From Leucoraja erinacea (taxonomy: Eukaryota): 64,000 nt of DNA. The stretch is from NCBI RefSeq assembly GCF_028641065.1, contig NW_026576818.1:1-64000 (forward strand). The letters run 5' to 3'. Below are positions 48,010 through 59,608 of the stretch, piece by piece. Position 1 is the stretch's first letter. Each line of letters opens with the position of its first letter. The notes under the pieces were generated by a model. It ran no database searches and was not told the origin of the DNA. It worked only from the letters and a program-made list of their open reading frames with translations. The position numbers were made by a program, and so were the translations under genes.

Positions 48010-48660
48010 CTCATCCACCTTATTACGACTGCTCCTTGCATTGAGACACAAAGCCTTCAGGCTTGCTTTTACAACACTCTTACCCCTTATCTAATTATGT
48101 TGAAAAGTGGCCCTTTTTGATATTTGCTCTGGATTTCTCTGCGTGACACTTTTACTTTTCACCTTGCTACCTATTGCTTCTACCCTCATTTTACACCCCT
48201 CTGTCTCTTCGCTCACACATTTAAGAAACCCTTTCCCTTTAACTCTATCCTCGACTATCCCATTTGACAGCCCACCCCCCTTATTCAGTTTAAAAACACC
48301 CGTGTAGCAGTGGCAAATCTGCCTGCCAGAATGCTGGTCCCCCACCTGTTAAGATGCAATCCGTCCCTTTTGTACAGTTTCCCCTTACTCCAAAACAGAT
48401 CCCAGTGATCTAAGAATCTAAATCCCTGCCCCGTGCACCAGTTCCTAAGCCACACATTCAGGTCCCGTATCTCCCTGTTCCTGTTCTCTAGAACTGGAAG
48501 CAAACCGGAGATAACAACCGTGGAGGTCCTGCTTTTCAACATTTTTCCGAGCTCTCTAAAGTCACACAGCAGAATATTCATCCCCTTCTTTCCGGCATCG
48601 TTTGTACCGGCATGCACTACAACTTCCGGCTGTTCACCTTCGCCCTTGAGGATTTTTGCA
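48010..48660 (-). mobile_element. CR1 ORF1 (SGNH esterase-like) fragment and inter-ORF region
   Basis: HAGTND...VVISGLLP...FLDHWDLFW...RDGLHLN. Confidence 0.8.
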
Positions 48661-48666
48661 CTCTGT

Positions 48667-49245
48667 GAGTTCCCTGTGTCAGTTGGTACTGAGACTAACT
48701 ACCCCTATTCAGTTAAACCCTATCCAGTTAAACCCTGATCAGCCTCAGATCAATACTGATCCCCAATCACCAGTTAGAGTGAACCAAATTATCAAACCAT
48801 GTAAAGAAACGTATTTGGAACATTGGGATAAAGAAACCAAAAGCCAAAGCCGATTAGAATGTTACTGTTCCCTAAAAAGAGACTATAAATTGGCAGACTA
48901 TCTCTCAACTGTTAGAGACATAAAGCAGAAACAGATCATCACCAAATACAGGTTAAGTGACCACTATTTGGCAGTTGAAAAAGGAAGACAGAAGAGATTC
49001 TGGCAACCAAGAGAAAATAGAATATGCGGCCACTGTTTGACAGATGAGGTTGAAACGGTAGAGCACTTCCTCCTAAAATGCAAAAAATTTACAAAACAAG
49101 GAAAACATACCTTGACAAACTCAGTCTGGCAACCCTTGAATTTAAATGATTAGATGATACATCAAAACTAAGAATTATCCTTGGTGAAGGAAATATGGCA
49201 CATCTTGGTGCACAATTACATAACAGCATGCGATAATGAGGGACG
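48667..49245 (+). mobile_element. C-terminal part of an L2-group (Crack/Daphne-like) LINE ORF2
   Basis: KYRLSDH.LAVEKGR...ICGHC...VETVEHFLLKC zinc knuckle. Confidence 0.65.
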
Positions 49246-49254
49246 GGGAATGAC

Positions 49255-49950
49255 TAACCAGCAGCAATGATGGTGGAACAGCAATGGCAGGAATTTATCG
49301 GCATAATCTGGAAGACGCAGGATAATTTCATTCCCAAAAGGAAGAAAGATTCTAAGGAGAGTAGGAGGCCACTGTGGCTGACAAGAGAAGTTAGGGATAG
49401 ATTAAAACTAAAAGAAAAGATGTATTACACAGCAAAGTGTAGCCGGAAGCCAGAGGATTGGGAAACTTTCATAGGACAACAGAAGGAAACAAAACGGGCA
49501 ATACGGGCCGAAAAGATGAAGTACGAAGGGAAGCTGGCCAGGAATATAAAGAAGGACAGTAAAAGCTTCTCTAGATATGTTAAGGGAAAAAGAGTAGCAA
49601 AGTCAAATGAGGGTCACTTGAAGGCAGACACGGGTGAAATTATTATGGGGAATAAGGAAATGGCAGAAGAGTTGAACAGGTACTTCGGATCTGTCTTCAC
49701 TAAGGAAGACACAAACAATCTCCCAGAAGTACTGGAGGACAGAGGATGTAAGGGGTTAGAGGAACTGAAAGAAATTTTCATTAGGCGAGAAATAATACTG
49801 GCTAGGCTAATGGGACTGAAGGATGATAAATCCCCTGGGCCTGATGGACTGCATCGCAGGATCCTCAGGAAGGTGGCTCTAGAAATAGTGGATCATTGGT
49901 GATCATTTTCCAATGTTCAGTAGATTCAGGATCAGTTCTGTGGATTGGAG
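49255..49950 (+). mobile_element. CR1 ORF2 fragment (different subfamily)
   Basis: NRYFGSVFTKED, KSPGPDG. Confidence 0.85.
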
Positions 49951-50693
49951 GACCTTTCTATTGCGTTAATCTCCTCTCTAACCAGCAACGCTATCCCACC
50001 TCTTTTCCTTTTGTCTATCCCTCCTGAATATTGAATATCCCTGGATGGTCAGCTCCCAGCCTTGGTCACCCTCGAACTATGTCTCCGTGATCCCAAGGGT
50101 AGAGCTGCGAAACACTAAGGGGATGAAAACACTAGTGGGAGTTGTGTACCGGCCACCTAGCAATAGTAGTGGAGTTGGGGGTGGCATCAAACAGGAAATT
50201 AGAAATGCGTGCAACAAAGGTAAAACAGTTATAATGGGTGACTTCAATCTACATATAGATTGGGTGAATCAAATTGGCAAGGGTGCTGAGGAAGAGGATT
50301 TCTTGGAACGTATGCGGGATAGTTTTCTAAACCAACATGTAGAGGAACCAACGAGAGAGCAGGCTATTCTAGACAGGGTATTGGGTTAGTTGGCAGTCTT
50401 GTTGTGCGTGGCCCCTTGGGCAAGATTGACCATAATATAGTTCAGTTCTTCATTAGGATGGAGAGTGACATTGTTAATTCAGAAACAAGGGTCCTGAACT
50501 TAAAGAAAGGTAACTATGAGACGTGAATTGGCCAAGATAGACTGGCAATTGATTCTTAAAGGGTTGACGGTGGATATGCAATGGAAGGCATTTAAAGACT
50601 GCATGGATGAACTACAACAATTGTTCATCCCAGTTTGGCAAAATAATAAATCGGGGAAGATAGTGCATCTGTGGATAAGGGAAATCAGGGATA

Positions 50694-52812
50694 CAGGTGC
50701 ACAACCTTTTATCCGAAGATCCAAATAACGAAAACCTCCGAATAGCGACATTTTTTCGGTCCTTGAAGAAAGGTCCTTGAAAACGTTCACCGAGGGCGGC
50801 CCGCAGAGGTGACAGCGGAACCTCCGGTCGGTCCTCGAAGAAAGGGGAACTAAATCCCCATTCATAAAAGAGAAGGTGAGGGTATATTGCGCGGGAGGGT
50901 TAATAATTGACAATATGCTGCTACCTGCCAGCTGAGTTTAAAACTTCCCACGGTAGACTCACGATACACAGTGTATCGTGAGTCTTGCGTGGGAATCTTT
51001 TAACTCAGCGTGCAGGCAGCAGTAGATTGTCGCTCCCTTCAGTTTCACCCCACCTACACCCCTCTGCTTCCCGGCCATGTGTGTGACCCCTTCCCTCCCC
51101 TCTCCAGCTCCCCGCTCATTGCACCGGCGCGGGGGCTTTGTACTGTCTTCACGTCGCGATGCTAGCAGCACAGTGCCAGTCACCAGAGACGTCAGGACCA
51201 ACGGAACACCGACCCCCAGGCCCACTGCAAGCACGGAGATCCCAGATCAGCAACTCCAGCCCAGCCCCGTTCCAACTCCAGTGGAACACGCTCCCCGTAT
51301 GGGCAGAAGCTGATGGTGTGCAAGGGGTACGTCTTGTTCTTGGGGTGGCGCAGCTCGGGCTGTGGGCGAACTGCCACTTGTCGCCATAGCGGCCCATCGG
51401 GGAGCGGATTCCTCTGGAGTTGGAGGGGGAGGGGGGTATTGTGCTGTTTGATCGCCCCCTACTATTCCAGGGACAGGGAGACAGGACGTTCACCGAGGGC
51501 GGCCCGCAGAGGTGACAGCGGAACCTCCGGTCGGTCCTCGAAGAAAGGGGAACTAAATCCCCATCCATAAAAGAGAAGGTGAGAGTATATTGCGCGGGAG
51601 GGTTAATAATTGACAATATGCTGCTACCTGCCAGCTGAGTTAAAACGTTCCCACGGTAGACACGATACACAGTGTATCGTGAGTCTTGCGTGGGAACTTT
51701 CTAACTCAGCGGGCAGGGAGCAGCAGATTGTCGCTCCCTTCAGTTTCACCCCACCTACACCCCTCTGCTCCCCGGCCATGTGTGTGACCCCATCCCTCCC
51801 CTCTCCAGCTCCCCGCTCATCGCACCGGCGCGGGGGCTTTGTACAGTCTTCACGTCGGCGATGGCAGCCAGCAGGCTAGTGCAGTCACCGGAGACGTCAG
51901 GACCAATTGGATGTCGACCACCAGGCCCACCGCAAGCACGGAGAACCCAGAGACCCACAGCCTGCAGCAGCCCAGCCCAGCCCCGCTCCAACTACAGAGG
52001 AACCTGGGTTGCGGATGACGGGGCGCAGCTCGGGGCGTCGTAGGGGCCCATCGGGGAGCGGGTTCTTGTAGGGCCTGACGTCTCCAGCCACCTGCTATCC
52101 TCCGGGAACTGTACCGCCCTTGCAGGAGAGTGTGGTTGTTTGCAGTTGCAGAGGGAGGGGGCAAGGGCGGTACAGTTCCCAGTCTCAGCTCCAGTCCAGG
52201 GGGGCGGAGACGTCAGGACCAACGGGACAGCGACCCCCAGGCCCACTGCAAGCACGGAGATCCCAGAGACCCACAGCCAGCAGCAACTCCAGCCCAGCCC
52301 CGCTCCAACTCCAGAGGAACACGTAGGGGCAGAAGCTGATGGTGTGCAAGGTGTTCTTGGGGTGGCGCAACTCGGGCTGTGGGCAAACTGCCACTTGTCG
52401 CCGTAGCGGCCCATCGGGGAGCGGATTCATCTGGAGTTGGAGGGGGAGGGGGGTATTGTGCTGTTTGATCGCCCCCTGCTATCCCAGGGACAGGGAGACA
52501 CAGCGGCGTTTTAGACTGGTGGGCAATCACTTCCAAAGTTCTGCCCACACAGTCAGTACACCTCTCCTACACTGCATTTCATACAAACATTTATTCTGCA
52601 TGAAAAACCGACATTGAAGACTCAAACTCGCGACCGAATAACTGCCGGGATCAAGGCGCAAACTCGCGACCTTGCGGATATGAGCCGAGCACTCTACCAC
52701 TGAGCCAGCCATTAAAATCTACGCTAAAAAAATTCCATTCCGAAGACCGACAAATTCTGAATTACGAAAAGTGTCTGGCCCCAAGGCTGTCGGATAAAAG
52801 GTTGTGCACCTG
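50694..52812. mobile_element. Non-autonomous Tc1/mariner (Tigger/pogo-like) element
   Basis: Perfect 23-bp TIR CAGGTGCACAACCTTTTATCCGA; TA TSD; the empty site restores CR1 cagggaTAgtatcaaaac; internal duplication of about 700 bp. Confidence 0.92.
52645..52711 (-). other. Degenerate tRNA-like (Met, CAT) sequence inside the MITE
   Basis: TGGCTCAGTGGTAGAG A-box/D-arm, CGG-CTCATAT-CCG anticodon arm, AGGTCGCGAGTTTG B-box-like; acceptor stem not evident. Confidence 0.55.
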
Positions 52813-53883
52813 TAGTATCAAAACAAAAGATGAAGCATACAAATTAGCCAGAAAAAGCAGCCTACCAGAGGACTGGGAAACATTCAGAGTCCAGCAGAGG
52901 AGGACAAAGGGCTTAATTAGGAAAGGGAAAATAGATTATGAAAGAAAACTGGCAGGGAACATAAAAACTGACTGCAAAAGTTTTTATAGATATGTGAAGA
53001 GAAAAAGATTAGTTAAAACAAATGTAGGTCCCTTGCAGTCAGAAACAGGTGAATTGATCATGGGGAACAAGGACATGACAGACCAATTGAATAACTGCTT
53101 TGGTTCTGTCTTCACTAAGGAAGACATAAATAATCTGCCGGAAATAGCAGAGGACCGGGGGTCAAATGAGATGGAGGAACTGAGTGAAATCCAGGTTAGC
53201 CGGGAAGTGGCGTTGGGTAAATTGAATGGATTAAAGGTCGATAAATCCCCAGGGCCAGATAGGCTGCATCCCAGAGTACTTAAGGAAGTAGCCCCAGACA
53301 TAGTGGATGCATTCGTGATAATTTTTCAAAACTCTTTAGATTCGGGAGTAGTTCCTGAGGGTTGGAGGGTAGTTAATGTAACCCCACTTTTTAAAAATGG
53401 AGGGAGAGAGAAAACGGGGAATTACTGACCAGTTAGTCTAACATCGGTAGTGGGGAAACTGCTAGAATCAGTTATTAAAGATGGGATAGCAGCACATTTG
53501 GAAAGTGGTGAAATCATTGGACAAATTTACAATATTTATTATTGATTTAGCTGTAAGGAGGATGCTAGGAGGTTGCAAGGTGACTTGGATAGGCTGGGTG
53601 AGTGGGGAAATGCATGGCAGATGCAGTATAATGTGGATAAATGTGAGGTTATTCACTTTGGTGTCAAAATCAGGAATGTAGACTATTATCTGAATGGTGG
53701 CCGTTTAGGAAAATGGGAGTTGCAACGAGACCTGGGTGGCATGGTACACCAGTCATTAAAATTAGGCATGCAGGTGCAGCAGGCAGTGAAGAAAGCGAAT
53801 GGTATGTTAGCATTCATAGCAGTTATTGAGGCCCTTGTGGCTAAAGGGATCAGGGGGTATGGAGAGAAGGCAGGTATACGATA

Positions 53884-54303
53884 ACCATATAACCAATTAC
53901 AGCACGGAAACAGGCCATCTCGACCCTTCTAGTCCGTGCCGAACACCTAATCTCCCCTAGTCCCATATACCTGCGCTCAGACCATAACCCTCCATTCCCT
54001 TCCCATCCATATAACTATCCAATTTATTTTTAAATGATAAAAACGAACCTGCCTCCACCACCTTCACTGGAAGCTCATTCCACACAGCTACCACTATTTA
54101 AGTAAAGAAGTTCCCCCTCATGTTACCCCTAAACGTCAGTCCCTTAATTCTCAAGTCATGTCCCCTTGTTTGAATCTTCCCTACTCTCAGTGGGAAAAGC
54201 TTTTCCACGTCAACTCTGTCTATCCCTCTCATCATTTTAAAAACCTCTATCAAGTCCCCCTTAACCTTCTGCGCTCCAAAGAATAAAGCCCCAACTTGTT
54301 CAA
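53884..54303 (-). mobile_element. CR1 3' end (subfamily of 16590-17207) nested in the other CR1
   Basis: Reverse complement of about 16770-17200 with a taaccata tail. Confidence 0.88.
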
Positions 54304-54366
54304 CTGAGTTGGATGATCAGCCATGATCATATTGAATGGCGGTGGAAGCTCGAAGGGCTATGTTTC

Positions 54367-54865
54367 TTTTCTGGGCTCCCCTCTTGTGTTTTAAGGGCTT
54401 TAAACTGGAGGGTATCTGGGGAGTATTTAAGGTGATCCCTAAAATTTAGTGCTCTTTTCTGGATATTTATTATCAGTGGGTACCTGCTAATTCCGCCCAA
54501 CATGCGTTTGTTGGTGTTTTCCTTTGGATACGGAGGATGTTCTGACAAAATTCCGCATGCATTGTTGCATGTTTCTCCCTTTCAGTATAGCTATGGTGAC
54601 TGAGCGGACCCCATAATTCACTACCATAAAGTGCAATTGGCTGGATTACACCATCAAATATTTATAGCCAGATTTTAATTGGAATTTGGATGTTGTACTA
54701 TCTTCTTTTTATTGCATACAGAGCTCTTTAAGCTTCCTCTTTTAGTGCATTCACTGCCATATTGAAGCTCCCTGATGCTGCAACCAAGGTAAGTATAGGC
54801 CATAGTGTGTTCGATAATGATACCATTGAGAGTAAATTGGTATTTATCTTCCTGACATCTGGGTC
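54367..54865 (-). mobile_element. L2-group LINE ORF2 fragment, immediately upstream in protein order of 48667-49245
   Basis: RYPLIINIQKRALNF..HLK.SP...KALKTQE.SPEK. Confidence 0.6.
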
Positions 54866-55244
54866 TCTCNNNNNNNNNNNNNNNNNNNNNNNNNNNNNNN
54901 NNNNNNNNNNNNNNNNNNNNNNNNNNNNNNNNNNNNNNNNNNNNNNNNNNNNNNNNNNNNNNNNNNNNNNNNNNNNNNNNNNNNNNNNNNNNNNNNNNNT
55001 TGGTATCTTTGTCTCTCTCTGTCTCTCTCTCTGTTACTCTGTTACATTACTTTGTCTCTCTTGCTGTCTCTCTCTGTGCCTGTCTCTCTCCCTCTCTCTC
55101 TGTGTCTGTCTCTCCCTCTCTGTCTCTCTCTGTCTCTCTGTTTCTGTATCTCTCTCGCTGTCTCTCTCTCCCTCTGTGTCTGTCTCTCTCCCTCTCCGTA
55201 TCTGTATCTCTCTCGCTGTCTCTCCCTGTCTCTCTTTCTCTGTC

Positions 55245-56705
55245 ATAGAAACATAGAAAATAGGTGCAAAAGTAGGCCCTTCGAGCCCGATTCAATATGA
55301 TCATGGCTGATCATCCAACTCAGTATCCTATACCTGCCTTCTCTCCATACCCCCTGACACATTTAGCCACAAGGGCCATATCTAACTCCCTCTTAAATAT
55401 AGCCAATGAACTGGCCTCAACTACCTTCTGTGGCAAAGAATTCCAGAGATTCACCAGTGTGAAAAATGTTTTTCTCATCTCGGTCCTAAAAGATTTCCCC
55501 CTTATCCTTAAACTGTGACCCCTTGTTCTGGACTTCCCCGACATCGGGAACAATCTTCCTGCATCTAGCCTGTCCAACCCCTTAAGAATTTTGTAAGTTT
55601 CTATAAGATCCCCCCTCAATCTTCTAAATTCTAGCGAGTACAAGCCAAGTCTATCCAGTCTTTCTTGATATGAAAGTTCTGACATCCCAGTAATCAGTCT
55701 GGTGAACCTTCTCTGTACTCCCTCTGTGGCAAGAATGTCTTTCCTCAGATTAAGAGACCAAACTGTACACAATATTCCAGGTGTGGTCTCATCAAGACGC
55801 TGCACAACTGCAGAACCTCCCTGCTCCTATACTCAAATCCTTTTGCTATGAATGCTAACATACCATTCGCTTTCTTCACTGCCTGCTGCACCTGCATGCC
55901 TACTTTCATTGACTGGTGTACCATGACACCCAGGTCTCGTTGCATCTCCCATTTTCCTAATCGACCACCATTCAGAAAACTTTCCTGTTCTTGCCACCAA
56001 AGTGAATAACCCCACATTTATCCACATTATACTGCATCTGCCATGCATTTGCCCACTCACCCAGCCTATCCATGTCACCGTGTGTTTTAAGTTTGTATAC
56101 TAACCTCTTATGTGGGACCTTGTTGAAAGCCTTCTGAAAGTCCAGATATAAGTCCATTACTGGTTCTCCCTTATCCACTATATTAGTTACATCCTCGAAA
56201 AATTCTATAAGATTCGTCAGACATGATTTACCTTTCATAAATCCATGCTGACTTTGTCCAATGATTTCACCACTTTCCAAATGTGCTGCTATCGCATCTT
56301 TAATAACTGACTCTAGCAGTTTCCCCACTACCGATGTTACCCAAACGGGTCTGTAATTCCCTGTTTTCTCTCTCCCTCCCTCTTTAAAAAGTGGGATTAC
56401 ATTAGCTACCCTCAAATCCTCAGGAACGACTCCAGAATCTAAAGAGTTTTGAAAAATGATCACTAATGCATCCACTATTTCTGGGGCTACTTCCTTAAGT
56501 ACTCTGGGATGCAGCCTATCTGGCCCTGGGGATCTATCGGCCTTTAATCCGTTCTTTACCTAACACCACTTCCCGGCTAACTTGGATTTTACTCAGTTCA
56601 TCCATCTCATTTGACCCACGGTCCCCTGTTATTTTTGGCAGATTATTTATGTCTTCCTTAGTGAAGACAGAACCAAAGTAGTTATTCAATTTGTCAGCCA
56701 TGTCC
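55245..56705 (-). mobile_element. CR1 ORF2/3' end with deletions
   Basis: NYRPV, QHGFMKGKSCLTNL, LRGDLIETYK and tail. Confidence 0.9.
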
Positions 56706-57194
56706 TGTATCTCTCTGTATCTCTCTCTCTCCCTTTCACTTACTCTCTCTCTTCCTCTGTCTCTCTGTCTCTCCCCCCCCTTTCTCTGTCTCTGTACCTC
56801 TCCAACCCACTCCCTCTCACTCCGTCTCTTTCTATGTATCTCTATGTCTCTCTCTCTCTCTCTCTCTGTCTTTCTCTTTCTCTGTCTCTCTCTTTCTTAG
56901 TCTCTNNNNNNNNNNNNNNNNNNNNNNNNNNNNNNNNNNNNNNNNNNNNNNNNNNNNNNNNNNNNNNNNNNNNNNNNNNNNNNNNNNNNNNNNNNNNNNN
57001 NNNNNNNNNNNNNNNNNNNNNNNNNNNNNNNNNNNNNNNNNNNNNNNNNTTGTCTTTCTCTCTCCGTCTCTCGGTCTCTTTATCCCTGTTTCTCTCTCTG
57101 TCTCTCTCTCTTTGTCTCAGTACCTGTCTCACACTGTACCTGTCCTTCTCTTTTTCTCTCCCACTCTCCACTCCCGCTCCCCTCATCCCCGACA

Positions 57195-57355
57195 CTACCC
57201 CCACCAAATGGGGGGGGGGAGAACGACTCACCGGCACCCTGGCCGCCCTCAATGGCCACTCACGTCCCCGTCTCTCCGTCCACAGCAACGTCTGCTAAAC
57301 CCTGCAGGAGGGAACCACACAGAGGGTCAACAAGCTAGCAAACAGGACATTACTA
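57195..57355 (-). pseudogene. Paralogous copy of the ZNF splice acceptor and exon start, with no finger array following
   Basis: High identity to 46385-46536 (caccggcaccctggccgccctcaatggcc...aaaccctgcaggaggg...aacaggacattacta). Confidence 0.75.
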
Positions 57356-57589
57356 ATTTGTCAACATTACTGGTATTTGAAGGGGGGAGAGGGGAAGGTG
57401 GAGTGGAGTGGGTGTCAGTGGGGGACGGGGCATGAAAGGGGGGGAGAGGTGTGTGAGTGGGGGGTCAGTGCTGGGGTAAGGGGAAGGGGGGTAAGGGGGG
57501 GGGGGAGGGGGAGAGTGGGGCTCAGTTGTGGAGTGACGGGGAGAGTGGGGGTCCGGTGGTTTGCGGGGGAGTAGGGAAGGATAGGGGTT

Positions 57590-57992
57590 GAAGGGGTCAT
57601 TAGGGGTGAGGGAGGGGTCAGTGAGGGGGGTCAGTGAGGTGTGGGGTCAGTGAGGGGGGGGGTCAGTGAGGGGACGGTCAGTGAGGGGGGTCAGTGAGGT
57701 GGTCAGTGAGGGGGGTCAGTGAGGGGGGGGTCAGTGAGGTGGGTCAGTGAGGGGGTGTCAGAGAGGGCGGAGTCAGTGAGGGGGGGGTCAGTGAGGGGGG
57801 GTCAGTGAGGGGGGGTCAGTGAGGGGGGGGTCAGTGAGGTGGGTCAGTGAGGGGGTGTCAGAGAGGGCGGGGTCAGAGAGGGGGGGAGTCAGTGAGGGGG
57901 GAGTCAGTGAGGGGGGGGGAGTCAGTGAGGGGGGGGGGGAGTCAGTGAGGGGTGAGGTCAGTGATTGGGGGTCAGTGGGTGGGGTCAGTGAG
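57590..57992 (+). repeat. G-rich minisatellite (G)nTCAGTGA
   Basis: More than 20 units of ggggtcagtga with variable G-run length. Confidence 0.9.
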
Positions 57993-58076
57993 GAATTTTG
58001 CTTGTCAGGTGGCTGCTGCCCAATTGTTTGCCTTGCCTTTTTATAACGTTTGTGATCACAAAATGAATTTTGCTTG

Positions 58077-59257
58077 CAGGGCTCGAAATTAACGGTTGCC
58101 CGGGTGCCACTGACCACTCAAAGCGCCGCCGGGCAACCTAAACACCGAGTCATTTTGCCCGGCATAGCAATCAGATACTGGTTTGTACCAAAGATAGACA
58201 CAAAAAACTGGAGTAACTCCGCTGGTCAGGCTGCATCTCTGGAGAAAAGGAACGCTATGTTTTGTGTCGGCGGTGCCGGCTGTAATGCGTGGGAAAGATA
58301 CTAGGTGCGGGGTTTGGAAGTGTCGAAGCGAATGACGGGCCCCAAATCAAACCCTCCTCCTCCCGCGCCCCCGCCCGCCCTGATAGCGGCCGCTGATTGC
58401 AAACCCGCTAACGGCGCTTGCAAAACAAGTCCTCCCGCACGCCGAGCAGGGAGGAGGGAGGGAGGGGGAGGCCTCGGCATGCGCCGTTAGCGGGTTTGCA
58501 AGCCGAGGTCTTTATCAGGGCAGGCGGTGGGCGGGAGGAGGAGGTGATGGAGCTGCTGTCGCAGCAACAGCTGCTCATATGCGGGACCCGTCATTCGCTC
58601 CGACCCTTCTGAAGCAGCTGTACCAAAGATACTATAGCTATAGGATCTTTGAGCTGCACCGCTCGGCCCCGCACTTTGCTGTTGGCTGGCGGAGGAGGTG
58701 GAGGCGGTGGCGAGGAGATCCTAACGGCCAAGGCAGCGGGGCGGTGCGATGTTGACCGAGGAGGCCAAGGCAGCGGGCCGATGCACGATGTGCGCTGACC
58801 TTCCTTCCTCCCCCTCCCCTCTCTCTCTTGTACGCTCCCCTTATCCCGGGACCCCTCCACTGATCCCCATTCCCGCCTCTATTCAGTCCTCACTGATATC
58901 CCCTCTGCTCCCCTCCCCATCACCCCCCCCCCCCAATCTATTCATCCTGCACTGTTCACCCTATCCACCACGCATTGATTCTCCTGCCACCCCCCGTCCA
59001 TCCTACGCTGGTCCCCCAAGTCATCCTATACTTACGCCCATTCCCCTCCATCCTGCAGTTCTCCTCCATCCATCCTGTACTGATCGCCCATCCATCCTGT
59101 ACTAATCCACGCATTCATCCAGAACTGACCCACCCTCCATTTACCCTGCACCTTCCCCTCATTCATCCTGTAGTGATCCCCCATTCATCCAGCACAGACA
59201 CTCCGATCCACACTGTACTGACTCCCCCCCCCCCCCCCCAATCATCCTGCGCTGATC

Positions 59258-59291
<34 letters not shown>

Positions 59292-59570
59292 ATCCATCCT
59301 GTACTGATCCTCCCATTCAAGAAGAATGGGGGGAACAGTCTGAAGAAGGGTCTCGACCCGAAACGTTGCCTATTTCCTTCGCTCCATAGGTGCTGCCTCA
59401 CCCGCTGAGTTTCTCCAGCAGTTTTGTCTACCCCCATCCATCCGGTACTAACACTCCCCATTCAACACCACTGACATCCCCCGTGCTCTCCCCCTCGCAA
59501 TTTTATCTACTCCAACCAACATGTACTAATTCATCTGCCTCAATCCATCCATTCTGCACCGACTGCCTTC

Positions 59571-59608
<38 letters not shown>

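Larger units (their letters stand above)
49952..54366 (+). mobile_element. CR1 with an inverted 5' segment (49952-50095), deletions and nested insertions
   Basis: Collinear with 24650-27790; interrupted by the MITE at 50694 and a CR1 at 53884; tail ctatgtttc at about 54358-54366. Confidence 0.85.

Noticed and set aside
50959-52617. Cluster of ORFs inside the TIR element as a possible transposase
   Set aside because: No DDE or HTH motifs; they arise from GC-rich internal duplications.
52645-52711. Functional tRNA-Met gene
   Set aside because: Acceptor and T stems do not pair convincingly and it lies inside a MITE; kept only as tRNA-like.
58187-58200. ccaaagatagac as another P-like footprint
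   Set aside because: Part of the Penelope-end motif (gaagatagac/gaaggtagac in paralogs); no inverted partner or TSD.
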